A DNA stretch of 59,388 nucleotides, from positions 1 through 59,388 of the IMG/VR virus record IMGVR_UViG_3300043159_000017; one strand, 5' to 3'. The notes under the pieces were generated by a model that searched no databases, was not told the origin of the DNA, and was given only the letters and a program-made list of their open reading frames with translations. Each line of letters opens with the position of its first letter. Within the stretch, counting starts at the first letter, position 1. This document shows, piece after piece, positions 19,156 to 29,560 of the stretch. This DNA is from a virus. Taxonomy: Duplodnaviria > Caudoviricetes. Both the position numbers and the translations under genes were made by a program.

Positions 19156-19875
19156 ATGGGCGTGACGCAGAAGATCCGCGACATCAGCCGGCCGGCGCGG
19201 CGATTTGTCATGTCGGCGATTGGTGCCCTTGGCTACGAGCTTTCAAGGAAAGACGAGCATGGCCGCATCGTATTCTCGGCGGACGGCGAAGATGCGATCG
19301 CGCTTTCCTGGCTCTGTGACCATTTCGGTCTTCGCAAACAGGACATCCGCTACCTAGATGTCGGTGCCGGTCACCCCTGTCAGCTCAGTAACACCTTTCT
19401 AATGTATCGCTGGGGCGCGAGCGGCGTTTTGGTCGAACCTGACCCTGATCAGGTCAGGAAGCTCCGAGCCAAGCGCCCGCGCGATCTAGTCATCCAAGCC
19501 GGGATTGCTTTCGATAATAAGCGGTCCGGTACGCTCTGCCGGTATGAGAACCGCCTCTTTAATAGCTTGATCTCCTCACGTGATCAGACCTGGTCGGGGC
19601 CGATTGCCGATCGTATTGAAATTCCGCTGATGCCGATCAACGATGTCATCGCCCTTTCCGGCACGACCCCGCATTTCATCTCGATCGACACAGAGGGGCT
19701 AGATTACGAGATTGTCGCCAGCATCGATTTTGATCGCTTCAGGCCATTCGTAATCTGCGTAGAGTTGTGCCGGCCGCCCGCTGATTTCCTTGCCCTGCTC
19801 GGTGGCTGGGGTTACGAGCCGATTGTCCGAACCACGTACAACGCCTTATTCGCATTGATGGAGCGCCCGCGGTAG
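19156..19875 (+). CDS. FkbM-family methyltransferase
   Basis: YLDVGAGHP..LSNT, GVLVEPDP, FISIDTEGLD, RPFVICVE. Confidence 0.9.
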   Translation: MGVTQKIRDISRPARRFVMSAIGALGYELSRKDEHGRIVFSADGEDAIALSWLCDHFGLRKQDIRYLDVGAGHPCQLSNTFLMYRWGASGVLVEPDPDQVRKLRAKRPRDLVIQAGIAFDNKRSGTLCRYENRLFNSLISSRDQTWSGPIADRIEIPLMPINDVIALSGTTPHFISIDTEGLDYEIVASIDFDRFRPFVICVELCRPPADFLALLGGWGYEPIVRTTYNALFALMERPR

Positions 19876-19937
19876 GCCGCTCTTGGTGTTGATCAGCGAT
19901 TGGACCTCAAACCTTGGTTGCGGTACGGGTGACGGGC

Positions 19938-20759
19938 ATGGCGAACCTCGTCCAATCCCTGCGGAGCGCGTATCGAGACGGTAAGCCGCTCCCCGAGTTC
20001 AAGAGCCTTCTGCCCCGCCGGCCTACCATCATCGAAGTGGGCGCGCATGACGGCAGCACGACAGTCGGCTTTCGACGATTGTTTCCTCGTGCGCGCATCC
20101 TGGCGTTCGAGCCGGAGCCGCGGGCCATTGCGAAGTTCCGCGCACGAGCCGAACTGCGCGATGTGACGCTCCTCGAATGCGCGGTTGCCGACCGCGGCGG
20201 GCAGGCCACCTTTCACCAGTGCAGCGGGCGCCCTCCTGGTTATACGGGCGACGATTGGGACGCCTCCGGATCGATCCGCAAGCCGACCGGGGTCATCACC
20301 GCGTATCCGTGGATGACCTTCGACCGCGAGATCACGATTCAGGTCGTTCGTCTCGACGATGTGGCGCGAAACATCGACGCGATCGATTTGATCTGGGCCG
20401 ATGTCCAGGGTGCCGAAGAGGACCTCATAAGGGGCGCTGCCGAGACGCTCAAGCGCACCCGTTTTTTTTACACCGAATGTTTGGAGAGCGGTGACTACGA
20501 CGGGCAGATCGGCCTATCCGAGATTTGCGCCCTGCTCCCAGAATTTGAGATCGTCGAAGTCTTTGCTTATGACGTGCTGTTTAGGAATGCGGCGCTGCCT
20601 CAAGCTCGCTCGTGGTGGCCCCGATCTTGGTGGTCTTATCCCCGCCAAGCGGAGACCAGCAAGTTGCCGAGTTCGCCTGATTGCGTGTTCCAGCCACCGG
20701 CCGGGACGTTCGCAAGACCATTCGCCGTATTGATGCCGAGCGCCGGTGGCGCGACGTAA
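19938..20759 (+). CDS. FkbM-family methyltransferase
   Basis: IIEVGAHDG, AFEPEP, RLDD, IDLIWADVQGAE; 3' end overlaps the tail fibre gene. Confidence 0.9.
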   Translation: MANLVQSLRSAYRDGKPLPEFKSLLPRRPTIIEVGAHDGSTTVGFRRLFPRARILAFEPEPRAIAKFRARAELRDVTLLECAVADRGGQATFHQCSGRPPGYTGDDWDASGSIRKPTGVITAYPWMTFDREITIQVVRLDDVARNIDAIDLIWADVQGAEEDLIRGAAETLKRTRFFYTECLESGDYDGQIGLSEICALLPEFEIVEVFAYDVLFRNAALPQARSWWPRSWWSYPRQAETSKLPSSPDCVFQPPAGTFARPFAVLMPSAGGAT

Positions 20760-22480
20760 CGTGCCGTCATCGTGCAGGACAGCGCATTGCCGCCGGCGGC
20801 GGCCACACCCTGTCCACCGAAGCCCGATGCAGCGTTCGTCGCGTTCCATCCAACCGCACTGGAAGGTCCAGCACTTGAATTGTTGACATTCGCTCCGCTC
20901 AGCAGCGCGCTGTTGTCGAACATCTCCTCGGCGAGGCCGGTGAACACCGTGTTGCTGACGTTCGCGGCCCAAATGCCGAGGCTGGATTGCTGCGGGATCG
21001 AGACGGTGCCAGCGGCCCCGGCGCGCAGCGCGATCGGCGCGCGGTTGAACGCGTTCCACACCCCGAACTTGCGCGACGTGCCGAAACCGAAGTGGCAGGT
21101 GACCTGTCCGGCGGCGGCGTCGATGAAGATCGAGCCGAGATAAGTGCCTTGGTTGGCCGGGACCGTATAGGTGGTCGATCCGTTGCGCGCGGTGATCTGC
21201 ACCGCGTTGGTGAGGAGGCCGCCGACGCGTGCGAGCTGGGTCGTGCCGGCGCCGGTGCCGCGCGAGCCGGCACCCGCGGCCGAGTTCGCCCACGCCGGCC
21301 CGGTGCCGATCGTGAATGCGCCGGCGTTCAAGAAGGCGAACACGTCGTAGATCGTGCTCGCGAGGTGATTGCTCACCAAGGTGAGCGTCTGCTCGGAGAA
21401 CGCTTCGTTGATGAAGACGCTGCCGTTGTAGACCGGGCAGAGATTCCCGGCGTCGGACGGCGTGTAATAGACCGCCGTCGCGCCGATCGCGTCGGCGTTC
21501 ATCACCGGCGTGCCGCTCACGAGCGTCAGGCGCCCCTGCGGCGGGACGGCGGCCGGCTGCACCGGATAGACGGGATTGAGCAGCTCCCAACGCGTGTTCG
21601 CCAGGTTATAGCGCAGCAGCAGTTCGGCGAGCGCGCCGGCGATGTCGCCGGGCACCAGCGCGGTGCCGCCCGATTTGGTGATCGTGTGGGCGGTCAGCCC
21701 GTTCGGCGCGAAGGTGGGCGTCGTCGTGGCGTTCGCAGCGCCGGCGCGCACGCCGACAATGAGCCCGTCGGTGAGCGCGGTGACCGCCGGGTTGAAGGTC
21801 GCGGTGATGGCGTCGGCGGTGCCGCCGGCCGCAACCCACGCCTGGATGACGGAGACGCCGTTGACCTCCAACGCGTTCGGCGAGAGCACGTTGACGACGC
21901 TCGGCGTGCCCGCCCCAGGCCCGGTCACCTGCAGCACGTCGGCGCCGGCGATCGACAGGCGCATGTCCTGGGTGCCGGCGCGGCGCCAGCCGGAGCCGGT
22001 CTCGTTACCGAAGCTGTAGCTCGGCGCGGCCGCCGTGCCGTCCGGCATCTGCACCTGCCCCCAGTTGAAGGGGCCGACGTTGACCTGCGTGCCGCAGATG
22101 ACCTGGGAGGTGACGTTGGTCGGGATCAGCGCCGGGGTTCCGCCCGGCGTCTTCATGAACACGCTGAACCCGTTCAGGGTCACATCGTTGATGACGATCC
22201 AGCTCTTGTTGAGCGCCGGGACGATGATGGTCGCGTTGGAGGTGAGCGGACCGCCGGTGATGACGAGCTGGGCGAACCGAACCTGGCTCGGTCCCGCGGG
22301 CGGCGGCGAGCCCGACAGATCGGTGGTGCCGCCGGTGCCGACCGCGATGGTCGTCGGGTTGGCGATCGCGTCCTCGAGGATCTGGAAGACGCCGTTGTTG
22401 AGATTCGTGCCCCAGGTGTTGTTGTCGCCCCCGATGCCCATCACGATGGTGCCGAGGGTCGAGGTGTAAGTATCCGCCAT
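20636..22480 (-). CDS. Tail fibre/spike protein
   Basis: MADTYT...GGDNNTWGT N-terminus, DGTAAAPSYSF, GGTADAIT, PQGRLTL.SGTPV modules. Confidence 0.8.
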   Translation of the reverse strand: MADTYTSTLGTIVMGIGGDNNTWGTNLNNGVFQILEDAIANPTTIAVGTGGTTDLSGSPPPAGPSQVRFAQLVITGGPLTSNATIIVPALNKSWIVINDVTLNGFSVFMKTPGGTPALIPTNVTSQVICGTQVNVGPFNWGQVQMPDGTAAAPSYSFGNETGSGWRRAGTQDMRLSIAGADVLQVTGPGAGTPSVVNVLSPNALEVNGVSVIQAWVAAGGTADAITATFNPAVTALTDGLIVGVRAGAANATTTPTFAPNGLTAHTITKSGGTALVPGDIAGALAELLLRYNLANTRWELLNPVYPVQPAAVPPQGRLTLVSGTPVMNADAIGATAVYYTPSDAGNLCPVYNGSVFINEAFSEQTLTLVSNHLASTIYDVFAFLNAGAFTIGTGPAWANSAAGAGSRGTGAGTTQLARVGGLLTNAVQITARNGSTTYTVPANQGTYLGSIFIDAAAGQVTCHFGFGTSRKFGVWNAFNRAPIALRAGAAGTVSIPQQSSLGIWAANVSNTVFTGLAEEMFDNSALLSGANVNNSSAGPSSAVGWNATNAASGFGGQGVAAAGGNALSCTMTARYVAPPALGINTANGLANVPAGGWNTQSGELGNLLVSAWRG

Positions 22481-22491
22481 GGGGGATCCTC

Positions 22492-22571
22492 GTAGGGCGC
22501 ATTAGGCGAAGCCGTAATGCGCCGTGACGCATGTCGGCGCATTACGCGCCTGCGGCGCTAATGCGCCCTAC
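22492..22571. repeat. GTAG-family REP doublet
   Basis: GTAGGGCGCATTAG...CTAATGCGCCCTAC. Confidence 0.85.
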
Positions 22572-23476
22572 TCATCGTGCAGGTACGTGTCGAACACGGC
22601 GCCGCGGTACATCAGGTCGGCCTCGGCGTTTGTCTGCTCGACGAGGGCCGAGAGCGCGGTCACGTCCTTCTGGTATTCGGTGTCGTTGCGCATGAAGTCC
22701 CAGGCCTGCGCGGTGCAGGCCTTGCGCAGCAGGTGCGGGTAGCGGTTGGTGAGGAAGTTGGTCGGGTTCGCCGCCGACAGGATCGGCAGCGATTGGAAGT
22801 ACTGCAGATTGCAGTTGGTCTGCTGGGCAAAGGCCACGTCGAAGAAGATCGTCTCGTTCCACACGCCCCAGTAGATCGGCGTGCCCTGGACGAGGTTGTC
22901 GCAGATATAGGTGACGGCGGTCCCGCCGCCCGCCCCGCTCGCGGACGGCGGCGCGCCGAGCGGGGTGACGTCGATGGCGAAATCGTTGGCGTCGACGATC
23001 GCCACCACGTCGAAGGTGCCGGCGATGGTCACGCCGTTGAAGGCGGTCGCGCCGGCGGTGAAGAACGTCGACCCTTGCGAGAAGCCGTGGTTCGCGAGCG
23101 CGACGGTGACGAGGGTCGAGCCCGCTGCGGTGGTGAACGGATTGGGCCCGAGGCTGCCGGTCGTCTCGGTATAGGTGCGCCGGCGCTGGATGAAGTTGGG
23201 GTAGCGCTGCTCGATCTTGGCGCCGGTGCCGAGCATGGAAATCTTGCCGATCGGATCGAGGAAGCCGGCCGGCAAGGCGACCTGCGACGCGCCCACGCCC
23301 AGGTCGAAGTTGAAGTGCGCGCGCATCTCGCGGGTGCGCAGCATGGAATAGAGCAGGCTCTGCGCCTCCTGGAGCACTTGGTCGGCGTCGAGCTTGGAAT
23401 AGTTCACCCAGCGGGCGATCGAGCCGGCGGTGTTCTTGTCGGCCACCAGGCTCGTGTACGTCATGGCGTAGGTCAT
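22568..23476 (-). CDS. Head-tail adaptor protein with inserted beta domain
   Basis: MTYTSL...LRTREM...LP.GFL...TNFLTNRYP; NPFTT..GST.VTV...HG insert shared with the tail hub. Confidence 0.7.
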   Translation of the reverse strand: MTYAMTYTSLVADKNTAGSIARWVNYSKLDADQVLQEAQSLLYSMLRTREMRAHFNFDLGVGASQVALPAGFLDPIGKISMLGTGAKIEQRYPNFIQRRRTYTETTGSLGPNPFTTAAGSTLVTVALANHGFSQGSTFFTAGATAFNGVTIAGTFDVVAIVDANDFAIDVTPLGAPPSASGAGGGTAVTYICDNLVQGTPIYWGVWNETIFFDVAFAQQTNCNLQYFQSLPILSAANPTNFLTNRYPHLLRKACTAQAWDFMRNDTEYQKDVTALSALVEQTNAEADLMYRGAVFDTYLHDE

Positions 23477-23561
23477 CAGAACCTGCTCCCGTAGCCCGCA
23501 TGGAGCGGAGCGGAATGCGGGAACGGCCGCCCCGGATTACGCGCTTCGCGCTCCATCCGGG

Positions 23562-24047
23562 CTACGCCTCTTCGCGCACAGGTGCCGTCCCGCCGCCGGC
23601 GAGCAGCTGCTTCGACGCCTCGCTCGCCGGGATCAGCTTCGCGTCATTGACCAGGAACTCGATGGCGTCGGCGAAGGTCGTCACCGACTTGTTGTAGCGC
23701 TCGCGGATGGCGGCGAAGACCTTGGCCGGCACGTAGCGGGCTTCGCCCTTGGCCCAGAGCTCGAGATTGACCTCAGATGACAGAGGTCGGATGTCAGAGG
23801 TCGGATCGTTGCTTCCCGACATCTGATCTCCGACATCTGACATCTGATGTCCGACATCTGGCGCCCGCGGCGCCTTGGCGTCCGCGGCCGCCATCTGGTC
23901 GGCGCTGCACAGTTCCGTGCACAGCTCACCGTGGGCGTCGAACGGCAGGCCGTCCTGCCAGAAGCGGGCGCGGTTGGGATGGTCGCCGTGCTCGCTCGAG
24001 TGATAGCGCGAGCGGTCGAGGCGCAGGGGATGAACGTCGTTGGGCAT
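23562..24047 (-). CDS. Hypothetical phage protein with in-frame heptamer insert
   Basis: F.QDG..FDA.G motif; CAGATGT-type repeats encode DVGHQMSDVGDQMS. Confidence 0.7.
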   Translation of the reverse strand: MPNDVHPLRLDRSRYHSSEHGDHPNRARFWQDGLPFDAHGELCTELCSADQMAAADAKAPRAPDVGHQMSDVGDQMSGSNDPTSDIRPLSSEVNLELWAKGEARYVPAKVFAAIRERYNKSVTTFADAIEFLVNDAKLIPASEASKQLLAGGGTAPVREEA

Positions 24048-24166
24048 CGGAGCTCCTTCAAACCGCGAATAGCGAATGGCGAATAGCGAATAGAAAGAAC
24101 AGCGAGCGCGCGTCACTACTCGCTATTCGCTACTCGCTATTCGCCGGCGGCGGCGAAGCCGCCGCC

Positions 24167-24263
24167 TCAGTGGTTCGGAATGTACGGGCTCTCGTTGCCG
24201 TCGCCGCCGCCGTCGCCGCGGTTGTCCTGGACCGCGGAGGGGCCGGTGAGCGAGTGCTTGAGG
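24167..24263 (-). pseudogene. Duplicated 3' end (~31 codons) of the 29865-30188 gene
   Basis: Encodes LKHSLTGPSAVQDNRGDGGGDGNESPYIPNH*. Confidence 0.9.
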
Positions 24264-24781
24264 GACGATGGTAGCGAACCGGGGCCGTTGCCGCCGCAAC
24301 CCGCGCCGTCGAAGCGTTTTCGCTCACTATGGTTCCGCCCGGCGCCGTGATCGCTCGAACCCGATGGCGCCATGGAGCGCCAGCAGGAATCAGTGACGAC
24401 TGCTGCCGAGGACAGCTCAAGGCAACGCCATGCTCGCGGGTCTTGGAAAAAATATAGGCGAGGATGGCAAACGGCTTTGCGCACCATGCCAACGACGCCA
24501 GCCCTCCTGACGTGGGGAATGCAAACATTCCAAATGCCAGGATAAACCAACCCTGGTCGGGCGGACTCTCGTGCGCATACTCAATCCCCGGCAAGCGCCA
24601 GGGAGATCAGGTAGCAAACGACCGCTGCATCCGAAATACAGTCCGGCCAGGGCTCTTTCACTTAATCTCAGCTTCGCTTAATTTTGCTAGCAAACCTTGC
24701 CTCCGCTTCGTGCGCAATATCGTTGAGAAGCTGCGCCCGAGTGGCGCTGGGGAACTCCCCAACAAAAGTGCGCTCAGAACT

Positions 24782-26374
24782 CTACGAGCCCACTAACCCG
24801 CCCAGCGTGGGCGGCGGCTCCAATGCTGGATTTTCAAATATATCCTCGCCAAGCCGATATCCCTTCTCTTGTAGGCCGTACTTGCGCCTGGCCTCCAGTA
24901 GCGGTAATAGAGTTTGGTTATATATCTCTCTAATCGAAACATCCTTTGCGTTGTCAAACTCCTTTCTAATTTGCTCATCGGAGATTCCAAGTGGTGGCGT
25001 GTGCCCGATGCGAACCTCCTCGTAACAAAAGTGAAGGTAGGCAAGCTGAATAAGATAGCGGCTCTTCATACTCAACGCCTCTCCGAGGACGTGCATATAA
25101 TGGCGCACCCCGTCTGCGATTCGGCCCTGTCGATAGTGCAGCAGACCCTCAGTCGCTGTCAGAAAAAGCTTGTCTCTATCGTCAACGACCAAGCGCTTGG
25201 CTCTTTCTAAATGACTGGCGGCTTCGCTTAATTTATCATCCATGATGAGGGCAAACACCAAATTATTTAGCAAGGTTATATCCTTCGGATTTGCACGCAA
25301 CCCCCGATTACTGAAATTTTGACCGAGCTTATAGTCCCTCAACATTTCACAGGCAAGGAAACTGCCCTTTTGCGCGGGCCTGACAGAAAATGGTTCATCC
25401 TCAAACCATTGAGCGCACGACTTAATTGCATCCATCCAGCTCTCGGCCACCGCAGCATGCGCGGCGCGTGCTTCGTGAGTCTTTTCAGACTCCAATAGAG
25501 TCACGTCAAACGCCACGCCATAGCGTTGCGACAGCCAAAAGAGCTGGGCCACAACGTTTTCGTTCGGCGCTCTTGCGCTTACCCTGAATAGTTTGCGGGC
25601 CTTCTTTATTCCCCCACTTTTTAATTCCAACGTTCCCAGGGCAGCAGCCAACTCCGTTATCTGGCCAGGATCAGCGCTTGCTGCCATCAACTCACGGAAC
25701 TTCTTAATCCCGGGAACCTCGAGATCGCCGAGGTCTGCAACCGAGACAAATGCCGCTGCCACCCAGGGATCGTGTTCGGCCGCCGACTTAAGGATATTCC
25801 ATGACCTTTTCAATTCGTCTCGGTGAACATAAAAGCGGGCCGCAGAACGCAGCACAAACCTATGTGTCGGTGCCAATTCTAGCGCAACACGTAAATGGGA
25901 AGCAGCTTGCTTAGTCAGTCCCTGTGAGGCGTACAGTCGCGCAACTTCGACATGCAACACAGCGTTCCTCGGATTTTCCTCAAGTTTTCTCTTGATCATC
26001 CTTATTTCAAAAGAATAGTCGCTTTCCAAATCGAAGGTCTCTTCAGGCGCGCCAGCATGCTGCGTCTCCTCGTTTATAAGGGAAATCGCAAGCCGCTTTA
26101 GGTTATGTGACGCCTCATCGCTCTCGATAATCAGCCGCGCCGCATCTTCGACTAAATCTGATTTCTCTCCCAGTGCGCCAACAAATAAAACCTCGGATGC
26201 ATTTTCAATTGTCCTGTGTGACGACCAATCCGCTATCACCCTTCGAAATTCCATCTCAATTTCGTCCACGCTTCGATGCACACGCGCGAGACGGAGCTCG
26301 GTCGCAGGTGTCCGTCGAAGCTGACGCCATCGCGGGATGACCTTACGATCATCATCTTTCGGAATCTCATGCAT
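24782..26374 (-). CDS. TPR-repeat protein, low GC
   Basis: Helical repeats (NPRNA.LHVEVARLY..., LNNLVFAL..A..L); overlaps the kinase stop. Confidence 0.8.
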   Translation of the reverse strand: MHEIPKDDDRKVIPRWRQLRRTPATELRLARVHRSVDEIEMEFRRVIADWSSHRTIENASEVLFVGALGEKSDLVEDAARLIIESDEASHNLKRLAISLINEETQHAGAPEETFDLESDYSFEIRMIKRKLEENPRNAVLHVEVARLYASQGLTKQAASHLRVALELAPTHRFVLRSAARFYVHRDELKRSWNILKSAAEHDPWVAAAFVSVADLGDLEVPGIKKFRELMAASADPGQITELAAALGTLELKSGGIKKARKLFRVSARAPNENVVAQLFWLSQRYGVAFDVTLLESEKTHEARAAHAAVAESWMDAIKSCAQWFEDEPFSVRPAQKGSFLACEMLRDYKLGQNFSNRGLRANPKDITLLNNLVFALIMDDKLSEAASHLERAKRLVVDDRDKLFLTATEGLLHYRQGRIADGVRHYMHVLGEALSMKSRYLIQLAYLHFCYEEVRIGHTPPLGISDEQIRKEFDNAKDVSIREIYNQTLLPLLEARRKYGLQEKGYRLGEDIFENPALEPPPTLGGLVGS

Positions 26375-27467
26375 TGATTCTTCCTGGTCTGATCTCCAGT
26401 CTGCGAGCTATTACATTCAGCTCCGATATGAAGCGCTGAAGGTCATAGGGATCACCGTGTTTAACTCGACGCGCGGCAGGGTGCCCGCGCAAGAAAGGAT
26501 CAGGAGCGGTTGCATAACGAAGAAGCATAACGATGCGTGCCACAAGATCCGCGTCCAGAACCTTTGGCAGGAGCTCGGCTTCAAATAATCGAGCAATCTC
26601 AGAGTGCGCATCGATGAGGAACGGCAATACGTCGCGAAAAAACACTCCCAGATCGCGCCCTCCGAAATAAATTGGCTTATGCTCAGGTGCAAGCTTGTTC
26701 ATCAATTCAGACGTTATCGGAACTCCCATCATTACGAAGTAAATCATGCTGCCAAACAGATACAGATCCGTTGCCCCTCGTTGCTGCCGTGCATCGAGCA
26801 CTGGTGACCCATAGAGCAATTCTGGAGGTGCATATCTGAATGCGCCCGGCACCTTTGCCGTATCGTGCGGCGCCTGTTTGGTTGAACAGTGTGCGCGCCC
26901 CAGATCACCAAGCTTGCTGGTTGATCTCTCACCGAAGATCAGGACGTTCGATGGTTTTGTATCCTGGTGATAAATGCCACGAAAATGCAGCTGCTGAAGA
27001 GCGGTTGCGATGTGTTGCAAACATCTAACCCGCCAAGCCACAGTGCAGTCTTGCTGCGTCGACAAGAAAAGTCTTGCGTCACTCTCGGCGAGCTCAAATA
27101 GCAAGTAATAGAGTCGACCGAACGGTACTCCAGAATGCGTCACTACCCCGTGAGAAAGAACTTTGACGATTCGAGTCATTTTATATTCTGAACATATATC
27201 GAACAGGTCGCGCTCGAAATTGTAGCTTTTGACGAGTTTTTCCAATTCCTTCATGGGATCGTCGGCACTAAATGCTCGCTCAAAGTCATACGCCTTCATA
27301 AAGGCTCGTTCACTCCCGCGGCTTGCGATATACCCATATGAAAATGCGCCGCCAGTTTGCTTCGCAAGCCTGACGGCCTTTTCGACAATTATCCACCCGT
27401 CATTGAGACGGACCCCGAGGAGCGGATCCTTATCCGGCTTGTCTTCGGGATAGTAATTACTGGACAT
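26367..27467 (-). CDS. Hanks-type Ser/Thr protein kinase, low GC
   Basis: GGAFSYGY loop, AFMK, HQDTKPSNVL, DLG, YAPPE, DLYLFG. Confidence 0.9.
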   Translation of the reverse strand: MSSNYYPEDKPDKDPLLGVRLNDGWIIVEKAVRLAKQTGGAFSYGYIASRGSERAFMKAYDFERAFSADDPMKELEKLVKSYNFERDLFDICSEYKMTRIVKVLSHGVVTHSGVPFGRLYYLLFELAESDARLFLSTQQDCTVAWRVRCLQHIATALQQLHFRGIYHQDTKPSNVLIFGERSTSKLGDLGRAHCSTKQAPHDTAKVPGAFRYAPPELLYGSPVLDARQQRGATDLYLFGSMIYFVMMGVPITSELMNKLAPEHKPIYFGGRDLGVFFRDVLPFLIDAHSEIARLFEAELLPKVLDADLVARIVMLLRYATAPDPFLRGHPAARRVKHGDPYDLQRFISELNVIARRLEIRPGRINA

Positions 27468-27840
27468 CTACTGGCCCCAACTATCGCTGAGCCCAAGCCA
27501 TATAGATCAGTCCAAATCGCGGCACAACGGCAGATTTCATTGCGACGGGACGGTCGTCAACAGGCATAACAGTTGTTATCGAGGCGCTTCATTTTTCGCA
27601 TTGCTGGAGAGTAATTGGCTCGCTCGCTTAGTGGCCTATCCTTGTGGCGTGCTGGGGGCACACTGTACCCCGCCCAACTCAGTTGCGCCCACCCCTCCCC
27701 ACAAGGGCTAAGGGTAAGCCGTGGTACTGCGGGAGGTTCCGGGTCTGCATCGCACCGCTACGGGCACCCCGTTGCGCAAAAGCGCAACGGGGACCCTCGC
27801 GCTGCGCTGCGCCCGGGACACTGAGGCGCGCCAGCGCGCC

Positions 27841-28146
27841 TCAGTGGTTCGGGATGTACGGGCTCTCGTTGCCGTCGCCGCCGCCGTCGCCGCGGTTGTC
27901 CTGGACCGCGGAGGCACCGGTGAGCGAGTGCTTGAAATTGGCCTCCGAGCCGCCGAACCCGGCCATGCCGGTCTCGTTCGGCAGCTCCATGTCGGAGGTG
28001 TCGAGCGGGTAGGCGCGCTTGATGGTCTGGGTGCGGTAGCCGGGCAGATCGACGATGCCCGAACTCTCGTGCAGCTTGGGATTGCCGCGGCCGGTGCCGG
28101 CGTCGGTGCCGGCCTTGACCTCGGCCTCGGTGAACTTGCCGAAGCG
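27841..28146 (-). pseudogene. 5'-truncated duplicate of the 29865-30188 gene
   Basis: About 306 nt of near-identity; lacks the first ~6 codons and start. Confidence 0.9.
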
Positions 28147-28275
28147 CCGTCGGCAATTCCGGGTAATTCAGGAGGCAAAGCCTAGTGGCCGATTTTGCTC
28201 TCGCGAGCCCAACTCCGCGGGGCGGGCGAACCGCCGACGGTCGGATGAACAGTGCGGGTTACGCACTGTTCTCCT

Positions 28276-28800
28276 TTAAGCAGCCTCGTTGAGGAGCGCG
28301 ACGTCGGCTCTCGTCGCCGCGGGAGCAGCCTTCCTAAACCGCGGCAGACGAACGACGGGAGCCGTCACGACGGGGGCCAGTTGTTCTCGCAGACCAAGTA
28401 GGTGACTGTACAGCTGCGAGAATGCCTTGACTGGCTCGTCTATGAGTTTCTCGGGTCCCTCGCCGGCGCGCGCGAATAGCAGCGAGCTGTAATGCGAATA
28501 GCGCGCCGCCAGCGCGGCCGCGCCGAGATCAGCCGCCGCACGATCGACCATTCGCCAAGCGTCTTCAAACAGCCGTTTCATGAACGGCTCGATTTCTGTG
28601 AGCTCAGGCCATGTAGCCGTGTTTACCTGGTCGAGTTCAGCAGGCGTCAACCGTTTTCGGAAAAGAAGTCCGAGCCAACGCATGTTACCTTGCTTCCACT
28701 GCGCGTCCAGTAAATACGCGACCGGAATGACAAGCGAATCCGCCCGGGTTAGCTTCGTTCGAAACTCGATGCGCCACAGGGCTCGTCTATGGTCTGGCAT
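28276..28800 (-). CDS. HipA-like kinase partner (possibly DUF3037-like)
   Basis: GAGGAG RBS; immediately downstream of the kinase. Confidence 0.65.
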   Translation of the reverse strand: MPDHRRALWRIEFRTKLTRADSLVIPVAYLLDAQWKQGNMRWLGLLFRKRLTPAELDQVNTATWPELTEIEPFMKRLFEDAWRMVDRAAADLGAAALAARYSHYSSLLFARAGEGPEKLIDEPVKAFSQLYSHLLGLREQLAPVVTAPVVRLPRFRKAAPAATRADVALLNEAA

Positions 28801-28810
28801 CGTCCGCTCC

Positions 28811-29560
28811 TCAAATGCCCAGCATCCGATTGAGATGCTTTCGGCGCTCATCAAGAATCCGCTTGATGCGGTTCTGCTCCTCAGTCGTTAACAAGCCATC
28901 AAGCCGGTGCACCAGCCCTTCGATAGTTGGCCAGTCTAGGGTGTGAATCCGGCCTGCGGTATCCGTAAGGGCGGCCTGGCAATCGGCGCGGCCGGCCGTG
29001 GCGTACCCTGCGCTGGCAATAACGGCAAGAGGGTCGTTTTGATTGCCATGGCAGAGCGAATGTGAATGGTCGATTGCGACGATTGCGCAACGGTCGCCTT
29101 GAATTTCGTAGAGGACGTTTTGTCCATGGCCATTATGATCACTATCTCCGAGCCATGTCCAGAACACCCGCATGGCCTCGAGCGCAGGGGCCGCCTTGTC
29201 GATGTGCGTAACTCCACCGGCATCCCAAAGCCTCGCGGACTCCAAGCACGCCAAGGATAAGGCCGTATCATGGTCCCAAGGTGGCACCCCCGGTTCGCCA
29301 CTGCGAATAACGACAGGCGCCACGGGAAGGAACAGCAAGCGCGCCAGATCGGAAGCAATCTTCTCCCGCGCGATGACCAGTTTGTTTGCTTGTCGCGGCT
29401 TCGCGTAGGCGATGCTGCCGTCGGCAAGCTTTACAGGGCAGGACCCATCGGCGCTATTCGAGAAGTCGCCGTTTCTCGTAATCGCGATCGTCTGGATCGG
29501 ATTGTCGAACCAGTCCTTTGCCCGCGGCCCTGTCGATGGATCGAAGAAAACAAACGTCAC
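28811..29560 (-). CDS. HipA-like (PI3/4K-fold) kinase
   Basis: AYAK, REKIASDLARLL.LPV, WLGDSDHNG..NVL, AIDHSH. Confidence 0.75.
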   Translation of the reverse strand: MTFVFFDPSTGPRAKDWFDNPIQTIAITRNGDFSNSADGSCPVKLADGSIAYAKPRQANKLVIAREKIASDLARLLFLPVAPVVIRSGEPGVPPWDHDTALSLACLESARLWDAGGVTHIDKAAPALEAMRVFWTWLGDSDHNGHGQNVLYEIQGDRCAIVAIDHSHSLCHGNQNDPLAVIASAGYATAGRADCQAALTDTAGRIHTLDWPTIEGLVHRLDGLLTTEEQNRIKRILDERRKHLNRMLGI

